A stretch of 64,000 nucleotides of DNA from Takakia lepidozioides (lineage: Eukaryota; Plantae; Bryophyta). A program made the position numbers and the translations under genes. Within the stretch, counting starts at the first letter, position 1; each line of letters starts with the position of its first letter. The stretch is from the NCBI GenBank assembly GCA_030704615.1, contig CM060733.1:73036001-73100000 (forward strand), read 5' to 3'. This document shows, piece by piece, positions 52,889 to 64,000 of the stretch. The notes below the pieces were generated by a model, which saw only the letters and a list, made by a program, of their open reading frames with translations, searched no databases and was not told the origin of the DNA.

Positions 52889-54302
52889 GGGCGGACTTTC
52901 TAGCTACATACGGATGCTGGGGATTGGAGCAGTGCTCACACAGGTGGATGATGAGGGAAGAGAGTTTGTAGTGGCATAAGTTAGCCGCTCAAACAATGAT
53001 GTCGAGGCAAAGTATAGTTCCTATGAAGGGGAGTGTCTAGCTGCAGTATGGGCAGTGGCACATTTTAGATGCTACGTCTATGACAATCTCTTCACCCTTG
53101 TCACGGATCACCAACCATTGAAGTGGTTGATGGAGTCAGACAAGCTTACAGGGAAGCTTGCACAATGGGCACTTATGCTTCAAGAGTACGACTTCCAGGT
53201 GGTGCATCGAGCCGGAATAGTCAATCGGGATGCGGAGGGTTGAGTCGCATTCCATGCACAAGTGAGCTTGATGATACAGGAGCTCGTTGGCATGGTGAGA
53301 TGGACGAGGAGATGGTGTCAGGATGGCACGCATCTGCCTTTTTATGCATTCTAGCAATGGGAGCTCAAGCTGGTCCATCCCATGTGATTGGTCATAGAGA
53401 TAGTGTGCATGACGATCCAGAGATCAGTGAGGAGCTTGGTGGTGCTAAGGATATACATGAAGATCCAACAGTGTTGGCCTACCTTCGTACTAGAGAGACA
53501 ACAGCCAGTGTGACTGCTAAGGAGAGAGATCGGATCCTACAACGAGCCAAGAGGTTCAAGTGGGAGGGGACTCACCTACTCCGAGTATGGGAGGATGGAG
53601 AGGGTTGTGCAAACAGTCAAGCGAGGCTTGCGCAAGTATGGCTTGCAAAAGGGACACTTGGGAGATTGGGACCTTCAGCTACCTTGGTTGGCCATGGATT
53701 ACAGGTTTAGCAAGCAAGCATCACTTGCCTCGTTCTCGCCTTATTTCCTTCTCTTTGGCTGAGAGCCGGATTTGCTTGCATCTATTTGCAGGGAGACTGC
53801 AGCAGACCTCAACCTTGATGATCCGGATGTATGGACACAAGCATGTGCCCAACGGGCAGAGTTGTTCAAGAGAGTCATGCCTATGGCTTTTGAGAACCTT
53901 GATATTGCCCAACACTAAGACACATTGAGGTACGTCACTATACATGGAGGGAGATATCAACCAGGTGTTCGGCGTTTCCATCCTGGGGACTATGTGTATC
54001 TGCAGCAGACAGCGCCTACGACCTTGGATGTCTCAGCAGGTCGTGTGATTCTAAGGGTCCGGGAGGTGTTGCCTTCGGACCATGTGCGCAATTGTGCGAT
54101 ATGTCACCTTCCACATGTGAATGGGAGGATAGATCCCAACCTTGCAGTGGTACCTGCAGGATTGCGTTGCATGCTATGTGGGCATGCTGGTGGTGCCGCG
54201 ACCATGTTGGTGTGTGACAAATGCTCAAGGGGGTGGCACATGGGATGCTTGACACCACCACTTGAGGAGGTTCCTGGTGGAGAATGGTTGTGTCCATGAC
54301 GC
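52889..54302 (+). pseudogene. pol: Family D pol remnant: RNase H, partial integrase and C-terminal PHD finger
   Basis: GIGAVLTQ..YSSYEGECLAAVWAV..TDHQPLKWL; RFHPGDYVYL; CMLC..LVCDKCSRGWHMGCLTPPL..GEWLCP. Confidence 0.87.
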
Positions 54303-54574
54303 CTTGGACAGAGGTAGTGGGGCATGATAGTGGCGAGGTTGGCAAGTGATTCAAGGTCTAGCTAACGGGAGTTCAATGCCATGGACACCCAATTGAAGCC
54401 ATGGATTGCAGGAAGGCGAGTAACGATGGGGCTACTTTTGCACCCGGCCTCTTGATCTATTGACTTCAGATAGTGGTACTTGGGCGATTGATGACCAAGC
54501 GATGATCTTATTGGGATGGATACTTGTCAGCTATCTGGTGTTAGAGGGACCTAATCACCGGCTAGGGGGGCGAT

Positions 54575-55090
54575 TGTGGTATAACTTTCTAGGATTGTGT
54601 GCTTAGATTGTGTGGTGGACAGCGATGTATGTTGTGGCACGATGCTTAGGTGCACGACAGCTGTCATGGTTTTAATCATGGTTATCTAGAATTACCTACT
54701 TCTAGTTAACTAGGACATTTTAGATATTTAATATTTATATTTTGTGTGTTGGGACTTCATTGGGTCTCACATGCCAAGTGAGGTGTCGAGCCTCACTTGG
54801 GACATGGGGATAGGCTTTCCCCTTGTGAGGATGGAGGAGGCTCATCTTCTTGTAGTTGAGCCTCCATGAGCTTCTCTCACCTCCATAGCTCTAGGTATTG
54901 AGAAGGAGTGTGTTGAGGGCTTTGTAGGGTCCCTTAGCAAGGGTGCCCTTGGCTTGACTTAGTTTATGTGATAGAGTGGATTTCACTTGGAAGGACTAGG
55001 GCTTGTTCTTAGTGTGATTGATTCATGCTTTGAGAGTTTTCATTGTCTTCCACTTCTCTCATTTCTCATCTCTTATCTATTGTGGTATAG
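54575..55090 (+). repeat. Putative family D 3' LTR (truncated)
   Basis: TGTGGTATAAC follows purine tract AGGGGGG; TGTGGTATAG recurs at 55081 before the junction with E1. Confidence 0.55.
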
Positions 55091-55091
55091 C

Positions 55092-57815
55092 TTGCTTTTG
55101 CTTATGTCTTGGTCATCCATTTTGATCTACCAAAAACCAGATTGCAGATCCAGTGCAGAAAACCATTTGGCTTTCCCCCACTGGTTCAAAACATCCTGAA
55201 TTAATGGCATAGGGTAAGAGTCTCTCCTAGTCAAGCGGTTCACTGGCCTAAAATCACCACAAAAATGCTTGGATCCATCCTTCTTGGGTGGAAGGGTGAC
55301 CGGACAAGACCATTCTGAACTACTTTCCCTCATCTTACCTTGTGTAATTCAAACTCTCAATCTGCCCTTGCACTTCATGTTCCTCCCACTCTGATAGGCG
55401 GCTAGGACGACTTCTGCAAGGTGGAAAGCCTTGTGCATCAATTGTATGTTCCACCTCACTGTAATAGCCCAAGTCAGCCTTGCTAAGAGCAAAACACTCC
55501 TGATTTTCTCTCAGCTCTTGTTCCAATTCCATCCTATGTTCTTGGGCTAGCCCTGGATTGATGTGAAGTCTGGATTTCAGACTTTTCCAACGACTCTCCA
55601 TTTTTTCTTCATGGCTGGGATCCCAACTCTCTCCCTCCACCTTGTGCAAGGAGTTAGCTACCCTCTGCCCTTCTTCTTGTGTCACAATCTGATTCCAATC
55701 ATGGAAATCATCCTCTATTGTAGTCTCCAGAGCACCTGAAGCTACTCTGTAATTTACATCCTTACCAGTAACAACAGATCCCATCAAGTCAAGATCCCTA
55801 ACTGTACTTGCGGATATTATAGAAAGCATGGCACCGGTGTCAATCTGGCCTAAGACTTGGTAATCTCCCATTGTAATCATTACATGAAGTGCTTTGACCT
55901 TACCAGTATAAGCATACGAGATTGTGGGGTCAGCGTTTGCTGAGTACAACGGCCTTGGAACATCCTTCACAGTTGCCACACTATGAGTTGCCTCTTTTTG
56001 TTGTACCATTGCCATTTCTACCACTTTGACCAGACCCTTCAGTTTTTCTAACTCTCCAGGCACAGTCATGATCAGGTCCATGGGAGACAAAGATATTCTC
56101 CCCTTGTAGAAGTGATTCAGGATTTAGGATTTGGTACCTCCTTCTACGGCAGCCTTGAAATTGTTCCTTGGATAAATCTCACTCTTGGTCTTGCTTGGCT
56201 GTTCACTACTCTCACCACTCTTCTCTGGTAACTCTGCAGGTTCAACAATAGGACTCTGGACAGGGATGCGGTTCCTTGGAAGCCTAATCTCGTTAATACT
56301 GTTTTGTGACATCAAATCTGTCATTTCTGTGAGTACATCGTCCTCATCATCATAGAACACGTCTACAAAGTTAGTTCTAGGAGCTCCCATCATAGTCTGG
56401 TCGAGTTTTCTACTGCACTCATTCTCAGTATGCCCTAGTACCTTGCAAAAGTTGCATCTCACACCACACATTTCCGTGGAATGCCCAAACCGGTGACATT
56501 TGTCACACTTAGCTTGGGTTCTTCCTTCAGGACAATATGCAGCTATGTGACCCTCTTTATGACAAGTGTTACAAAGGCGAACACGAGGTGGTGTCCTAGA
56601 TCCCGAGCTTTCTCCTATGACTGGTCCCCTATCAAAGTACTTCTGTAGGGTAGTGTTCAGCTGATCAAGTCTTCTGTCCATAGGGTTGACAAACAGTACA
56701 ACTGACTCATCTGTATCATCTCCTTCCAAGGGCTCTAGAGGTATTTCCCCCAATTTTCCCAGGCCCCTCTCAATCTCAATGGCCATTTCAAGTTCTTCCT
56801 CTACATCAGAGAAGCGTCTGCCCAACATTACTCTTGCTATTTCTGGTCTCAAACCTGTTGTAAATCTACGTCTCTACTCCAAATCAGACGCCTCACTTCT
56901 TATAAACAGCCGGTTCACCCTATCAAAATATGTCTGAACCCTCTGTCTACTTTCCGGTCTGATGGTATCCATCCTCAGCCTGATTTCTGCCAAGTCAATG
57001 ACACCAATTTTGGCTGATATGGCTGCCCTGAAATCCTCCCAGTTGTCTAGTCTAGGGTTTTGTTTATGGTACCATTCATCAGCCTTGCTCTCAGGTTGAG
57101 CCTTGCTACCTTGAAGGTTCTATCCTCATTTAAATCCCTGACATCTGCCTCCATCTGAATCCTCTCCAGCCAGTCATTCACATCTTCACTATTCCTAACA
57201 TGGTAAGTACATCTATGCTAGTTGGACTGGTCATTCTTCTACACTCTAGTTTGAGTTCAAAGCTAGTTTAACATCTAATCTGATCCTAAATTTTTCTGCA
57301 ACAGCCCTAATGCTGACCTCTATACCTCTCCCATTGTCCATTTATCAACATCTCTACTCTACCTCCCCATGTCACCTCTCGAGCCATGGTGTTTATCTTC
57401 TCCCACCTTCCTAATTCTCTTATCCAAACCACAATGGTTGTTCTACCTCCAGCATGTATCACCCTAAGACATAAATCACCATCAGCTACTCTCCAAGCAT
57501 GGTTGAAGAAGTACAAACGAGGCTCTGAATAGACATTCGCTGAGCGTCGGCTCAAGCAAATCAGCACATCTCCAATGCTTGGTTCATCAGGAATCAGTGT
57601 GTGGTCTCTACTTGCCATCAAACCAGCCAATCCCAATAAGAATCCTTAGCTAATAGTTTCAGATTCAGCGCAGCCCTGATACCAAAAGAAGGGGGCATAA
57701 ATCCCCTTCTATGTAATTCTAACTTTACTTCTTCCAGTAAAGAGAACAACCTAGCAATCTACCAACGACACACGGTTATGGATTTCCCTCCTATTGTTCA
57801 TGATCAGAGTTCATC
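55092..57815 (-). mobile_element. Family E copy E1: LTR end, PBS (57673-57684), ORF0, gag (57234-56124, three CCHC), protease and RT N-terminus
   Basis: TGGTATCAGGGC; IDTGAMLSII; FCGDFRPVN..YPMPLIQDVL..ALDLQSGFW. Confidence 0.87.
57307..57618 (-). CDS. E1 ORF0, 103-aa unknown protein, intact
   Basis: MASRDHTLIPDEPSIGDVLICLSRR..WERYRGQH*. Confidence 0.72.
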   Translation of the reverse strand: MASRDHTLIPDEPSIGDVLICLSRRSANVYSEPRLYFFNHAWRVADGDLCLRVIHAGGRTTIVVWIRELGRWEKINTMAREVTWGGRVEMLINGQWERYRGQH

Positions 57816-58005
57816 CAACAATTTTTTTTTTTTTACACCAGCATCATTGGATATTTCCGTAGCATACGATAATCCAAACTAGAGATTAAAACGGCTAAAA
57901 AACATGCAGAATTCTTCCACGTTCGTGCAGAATTCTTCCACATTAGAAGTCCATATCTCATGTTGTTGTTGTTGTTGTTTTTTTTTTTGTTTTTTTTTCC
58001 CCCAA

Positions 58006-58199
58006 CATCCATTTATTTCGTTTTTACCTTTATGTTCTCCTGCTCAGCCTCCACCTTCGGCAGCCAAAGGTGCATGTCAGTACAATGTTGGTTTTATTTT
58101 TATTTTTATTTTTTTTCGACATCCATTTATTTCGTTTTTACCTTTATGTTCTCCCGCTCAGCCTCCACCTTCGGCAGCCAAAGGTGGCATGTCAGTACA
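58006..58199. repeat. Direct duplication of ~80 bp separated by a T-rich tract
   Basis: CATCCATTTATTTCG...GCATGTCAGTACA occurs twice. Confidence 0.85.
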
Positions 58200-60200
58200 G
58201 TCCTGTGTCATTTTTCATTATTGTTTCTCACAAATCCAAGCATACAATTATGGGCAGCCCGAGAAAAAATATTATATTGCCATGTGGCCGCCGTTTGCGC
58301 ATCCACGTCACACTGATGGCTGATGACTGATGGCTGATAGCTGATAGAATAGCAAACCCCCTTCTTGTTCATGATTTGCACAATTTTTATACAATTGCAG
58401 CACCAATGGTGCTGCTGTGATGTTTTAAGTGATACAACCAGCCCTATGACGGAGCTAATGGCAGCCTATGTGGACAACACCCTTGAGCAATACATGTCAA
58501 AACCCCTTTGTAATGAGAATTTCGCAAGCTAAGTCCACTCTGTACCAATTCTAACCTCAACATTAGCAGCTTGCGGGCCCATCCCTCCCTTAGTAATTAA
58601 ACTTGAAATCTAATTGTCTTTCAGTGTGCAAGCATTCTGATTCAATATGCTCTACTCCTTGCATCCAGCCATCCACACCTTCCTCTTTCTGTTTACAAAG
58701 AAATCATAGCTAACCCTCACTAGTGCTCACATCAACTATACTGGATTGCATGTACATCTAATCATCAAAATCCCAGAGCCGCATTGTGTGCAGATTCATA
58801 ATACTGAAGCCAAAGGAACAAAAACAACAAAAACAACAAACATTCTGTCATTGTGGGTGAACTACATCTGCCCTCAATCAGCACTCCCACAGACATATGC
58901 ATCAGATCCATTCATCTCCACAATCTCCTGGTTTGAAGTCCAGAGCCCCCATTCCATTTTTCAAAATCCTTTTCTGTCTCTCTCATTTTCCAGTTTGAGA
59001 GTGTCTCTACCAAAATTTCTTGTATAAGGTACTTTTTGCTTTTTGGAATGTGATCTTTTATTCAATTTCAAACTCTAAAATTTATTTTTTTCCGGGCAGG
59101 TTCATTGGGCAGATTGAAATGTTCTTGTTCACCTTCGTTGACCTTCGTCACTGATGGAATTGCGTTGGTAACTGACAGAAGAGGAGCTCTCAACAAGAAA
59201 GATCCAATCCCCATCCATGTTTTCTCCACAACAACTATTCATAAGTGCCAAAAAAAAGAAGCCCCAAATCATCACACTTAGCTGTTCTTATATCCTCCCT
59301 TAAGCGGTGGATGTCTATCTGTCGGTTCATTCCCCTTCCCCGCTTCTGCTGCCAGCTCGATCTCATCTGCCATTGTCACTGCCATACTGGCGTACCCAGA
59401 AAGACATCATACATTACTCTATGGTGCTAAAATCTTTCACAACCGCCTCAGCAGCCCGTCATAAATTTAACAACTCGACAGGCCCTAATTTCCACGATCA
59501 GCGGCACGGATCACCACACCGCCAGTCCTTTCCTTTCCTTCCTTCATCACTACTACTATTTACATGCCTAAACTAAAATCAAAACCAGGTAGAAACATGT
59601 TACCCGTATCTGATCGTAATAAACAGGTTGGTATCGTTTGGCCGTCATGCCCGCCAGTACTCCATCGTTGCCATAGCCCTTGGCAACACCACATACTTAG
59701 GTTATCGTGCTCCCCTTTCCTTCCTTATCTCCTACTGGTTGCAGCCCGATTTACCAGGTTGCCATTGCCTTCTGCCCTCATCTCCTTCATCACTACCTCT
59801 AATCAGAGGCCTACAACAAGATAAACAAAAAAACACAGAGAACTCGTTCTGTCTTGTCATAAACAGATTGCCTTGCTCTGCATATTCACATGCCTACGAA
59901 CCCTATCTTACAGGTGATCCGATTCATTACCCACTCAAAAAAACCAACACCAGAGGTTTACACGATTAAACCCACAACTATACGACAAACTCCAGACTAC
60001 GACGAAGCAATACCCATAATACAAGTACGTAGTGGACGGAAAATCATATGCAGAATTCATTTTCAGCACCTTTAAACAGTCTTGGTATGTCAGTAAAGAA
60101 AATTTATAGTGGTCTCTACCCTTTCTCCAAGATTTACCCTATCTTGCCAGAATCCGTATTACGACTTAATTTTCCTTTTTACTGATTGATCACCAATCTT

Positions 60201-60630
60201 TTAATGGGCACAATAATACCATCTGTCTTTCTCAGTGTATCTGACTTACAACAAGTCTTTGGGTATCCAGTACTCCACTGCTTCTATGATCATGTGACAA
60301 TATTCATAATTTGAACATCCTTCTCTGAAAATATAACTAGTGTAGTAAACTTTTTTGATTGGGATTAGAGTAATCAATAAAGCTAGACGAGATCGCTTCT
60401 GATTCTACATTCCCAAGGTGCTCGTATAATACTGATCACTCCTCCTTTCAATCCCCATTTGTCATCTTCTTTCGCAATTGAAAGAAAGATCTTATGTTGT
60501 ATTGCTATTGGTAAGCCATGAAATTTTTCCATGAATGTTTTCCATCCTTTGCTTCCGTCGACTCGTTCTTTTGTGATTTCAAGAAATCACTGAGTAGCCA
60601 TCCTTCCTTGAGTACACTTGAACTCAACAT
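60201..60630 (-). pseudogene. B3 ORF0, homologue of A1 ORF0
   Basis: MLSSSVLKEGWLLSDF / ..KTFMEKFHGLPIAIQHKIFLSIAKEDDKWGLKGGVISIIR / LITLIPIKKV..YWIPKDLL. Confidence 0.65.
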
Positions 60631-60640
60631 ACCGTTAGTT

Positions 60641-61024
60641 CCCAGTATGGTCGCCAAATGTTAACCGTTGGTTTATGACTTAGGCAAAACAGGCTAACAA
60701 CACTACTGCCCATTTCCTAAGACATGCAACAGAGGTTGTCCGACGGTATGCTTTCAGGAACGATTACGAAGTAATCGTTTTAAGGATAGCTAAGCTATGA
60801 ACATCGTATGAAGCCATATCCCTACAGGCTGCTTAATCATATTGATTAAGCCTAATCTACAGCCTCTTTGGCATAACAGACCTTAGTCGAAAGGACTGAA
60901 GCCTCTTTGTTCAGATAAGCAGATGGTAGTCAAGACAAAACAAGAATTATGCTGAGATGATACACATTCTCACCATCTCACGTTCTCTCATAATGCACAT
61001 TCTCTCCATCTCACATTCACTCTA
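60641..61024 (-). repeat. B3 PBS (60641-60656, tRNA-Arg-like) and 5' LTR end (60659-61024), cut by the MULE
   Basis: TGGCGACCATACTGGG; LTR nearly identical to the B2 LTR. Confidence 0.88.
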
Positions 61025-61357
61025 GAGGTTAGCTATTTCATGAGCATGAGCGGCATGAGTGTAGCAAGACAATCGGTTTTCATGAGCAGAAGTACAAATT
61101 TTGGAAATAAAAAACATTAAAAACATTAGTTTAATAGAATATGTCAGAAAACCAATATAATATTCATTGTTTGAAGTAAAAATTGTAGTTTTGAGAGCCG
61201 TGCTCATGATATTTTGTCTTCCGTTCATGCGAATTCCGAGCGACATCTGTAAAAATGGCACCGAATTTCGCGGTAATAGGTTCCGAAACCGGAGAAATCT
61301 GCGACGTATTTCGCGGTAATAGGTGTCTCCGGCAAAAAATGGTGCCGAATTTCGCGG

Positions 61358-63700
61358 CTATAGGTCCCAACATGGCAGGTGTGTAAGCCCAAAATTTGGA
61401 AATGTGGCGCCGAATTTCGGTACATGGTGTCGGGGATTGCACAGATGTTGGGCAATTCTTGGGCCATATAACTGGAGATTCGGCGCCATTTTTTCAGACA
61501 TCGGACTTGCGGTGCTCGACGAGACCTCCTCGGGCAACATCACGGGACCACGAGGGAGCGTGCGAATATTCTTGTCAGCTCGCCATGAATCCTCTTCTCC
61601 GCCAGGTGCCTCGTCAAGTCTTCGTCTCACTGGACGGGTGTGAACATCTCCTTCCAAGTGTTGGCCACTTCAAAGCAATGGCGTGTCCCGAAGGCCCTCT
61701 CGCAAGGCTGCCGCCCACTTCCGAGGATTCTGCGATCTGGAGGCAGTCTGCATCAGCATTTCCTGCCTGTCCGGCCCCAAGCCCCACTATTTCCCTTTCA
61801 AGAACTCGTTGTACCTGCATTGCTGCATAATTGACCTCACAATGTCCTCCGTTGTGGCAGTGAGGATGTCCACCAGATGCGCCACATAGGAGGCACGTCA
61901 GGAAGAATGTATTGATTTGGCCATGTTTGTTGTCGGCATGTCGGTGTCAGAGTCGGAGTCGAGACACATTTCCTGCACATGCACATGTTGAGGTTACAAG
62001 CAAATTACAAATAATGAGTAGCTAGCATAATATTCAACGGGACGCAAATTCGTCCAACTCACCTCCCGCATATAATCGCCGAACTGGAGGAAACGATAAT
62101 GTCACCATGCTAGCCAACTGACCATTGCTCCCTCGTCTGATTTCTTTACAGCACCTGACGTTGTCCACCAAGCCCGTATACATGCAAACTGTGTCTCTGC
62201 ATCATCTAAGGTGGGAGCACGTTTCCACGCAAGACACATGGAACGGTGCTCCTCTATGAAATCTGGCGCCACGAGCCTGGTTGTGTACTGCGACAAGCTC
62301 TGCAGAAAATGGAACCTACAAGATCTCTCCTTGCTTTTCATCGGAACACTGGGGTCTTCCCCGTACACCCTTCGGATGGCAGCCCAATTTGCTTGTGCGT
62401 TGTCCGCCATGAAACCACGGAAATTGGGAGGGGGCAATCCTGCCCTGGCCATCTGTTCGTTTATTCCCTGCCAAAGAAGCATCTCCGATTGTGTGTCCTC
62501 TCGTTTCATCTCACAAATAACAATTGTCATTAGTATCCTGCAGTGGGTGTCGTAGACATGTGCACCCATTGTCACCCACTGGTGATTTGTAATTCGCTTG
62601 ATATGGTCGAACATGACCCAACTGTTTGACAAGTCCCCACTCGTCATCCGGTGGACCAGTTCGACGCCGCTGCCAGGCCCTCACGTTGACATTTTGAATA
62701 CGAAACAGCGATCTGCCTCAGTCCCTTGTCCTGGAAACCTACTTCCATGAATGTAGTCATATCCACATCGTCGCTTCACCTCCAGAATGGAGTGCATATC
62801 CGAGCCAGGCCCAATTCTCTGTTTGCAGGAGACAATGTGGTTTCGGACATTCGGTGAACAGACGTGGAACACTGACTCCAGCAATGCCTCCATTTCCTTC
62901 TCATCGAGAGGAACTCCGTCGGAGCCATCTTCCGACATAGTTCTGGCCAATGACATCTTATGGGCGGCCTGCAGCTGTATCTGTTTGGGTTTGGCACCAG
63001 GTCTCAACTTAACCTCCTCCTGCAGGAGCTGCTCTGCCTCGTGGGCAGCCTCCCGCGAGTTCCCCCTCGCCAATTTGTGACAATGGGAACCAACGTGTAT
63101 GCAAGCTCGTGTGAGGTCAGGGAAACGGTGCAACACATAGAACTGCTTGGCATTACAAACAGACATGCAATGTGGTGGTTCTTTGCAATGCGCACACTTA
63201 AATGTGGAGTTTGGAACCTTCTCCTAAGCTCGAAATGGTTGATGAGTTGTGCCTGTCCAATCCGTCTCGTTCCTGTGACCTCTGGATTTAAAGTGGAAGC
63301 AAGTTGGAGAGAAACACCGCAACGCGCCCGCACAAACAACGTAGCGCACCCGCACACCATCGAGCATCTTCATGCTGGTGGTTTTGGTGACGCACCAAGG
63401 ATGACCGTCATGTTTCCTATCCATATCTGTCAACATTCCGGACGCCCTCGAATAGTCCGTTCGAGGAGGGAACTCAAAGAAGATATTACCGTCGACGTCT
63501 GCGGGAAGGCATGTAACGGATTTAATTGCAAACTTGCTGTAGTCCAGGAATGCGGCCCCTGGCCTTTGCGCAATAATTGCCAACGATATGACCAGTGCAG
63601 ATGAGCTGCACAAACCGATAATTGTGGCGTCTGACAAGAAGCATGGGGGGGCGAGTGTGCAAGCACCTTCCCATGGACAGAGGGAACTGACAGAGGTGGC
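61358..63700 (-). pseudogene. MULE transposase with GCM-like Zn domain and DDE core; one intron (61973-62062); in-frame stops; start uncertain
   Basis: CAGALRC..C..CAHC..C..C..CIHVGSHCH; FDH..GFMADNAQANW..SCRFH; PTTNMAKSIH after the GTGAGT...TGCAG intron. Confidence 0.8.
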
Positions 63701-63768
63701 ATTCCAGTGGGTCTGATTGCAAGATTGAGTGCGAGACCCTCGCTGCCAAAAGTCAACACCGACACCTG

Positions 63769-64000
63769 GAGAGGCCGACACCTGGCCGACAGAGAACATC
63801 CCTCGGATGGAAAAAGGGCGCCGAATTTCCATCCGAGGCCGTTCGGGTGAAGTCGTCTCGTGGGGAAAGGCCGACACCTGGCCAACAGAGAACATCCCCC
63901 GGATGGAAAAACGGCGTCGAATTTCCATACGAGGCCCGTCGGATGAAGTCGTCTCGGGGAGAGAGGCCGACACCTGCCCAACAGAGAACATCCCTCGGAT
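63769..64000. repeat. 96-bp tandem repeat inside the MULE (at least 2.4 copies)
   Basis: GA(G/A)AGGCCGACACCTG at 63769, 63865 and 63961. Confidence 0.9.

Larger units (their letters stand above)
61025..64000 (-). mobile_element. Autonomous-type MULE continuing beyond the window
   Basis: Terminus GAGGTTAGCTATTTCATGAGCATGAGCGG interrupts the B3 LTR; encodes a transposase. Confidence 0.87.

Noticed and set aside
52889-57815. D and E1 as halves of one inverted element
   Set aside because: Their LTR sequences and terminal motifs do not match
57822-59900. SINE/LINE tail, Helitron or host promoter
   Set aside because: Poly-T and simple repeats are present, but no TSD, Pol III boxes, terminal hairpin or coding signal could be established

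Overview
Eukaryotic, transposon-saturated DNA, probably from a non-seed land plant (inference). No intact host gene, RNA gene or CRISPR array is visible. The window is a nest of Ty3/gypsy LTR retrotransposons from five families, here called A to E, plus Mutator-like (MULE) DNA transposons and a 500-N gap at 24998-25497. Families A (4 copies) and B (3 pieces) are related non-chromovirus elements with a tRNA-Arg-like PBS. Their layout is LTR, PBS, a small ORF0, gag-pol, a ~1180-aa ORF3, PPT, LTR. ORF0 is missed by the ORF track because of frameshifts, yet it aligns between A and B and contains an F-box-like motif. Family A also carries ACACAGCC-based tandem arrays in its LTRs and between pol and ORF3. 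Family D ends pol with a PHD finger. Family E has a separate conserved 103-aa ORF before gag and apparent AG...CT rather than TG...CA LTR ends. The MULE encodes a GCM-like/DDE transposase with an intron, and all five MULE ends place CATGAG exactly 14 nt from the terminus. Many frameshifts near the gap look like sequencing errors. All alignments were done by eye.
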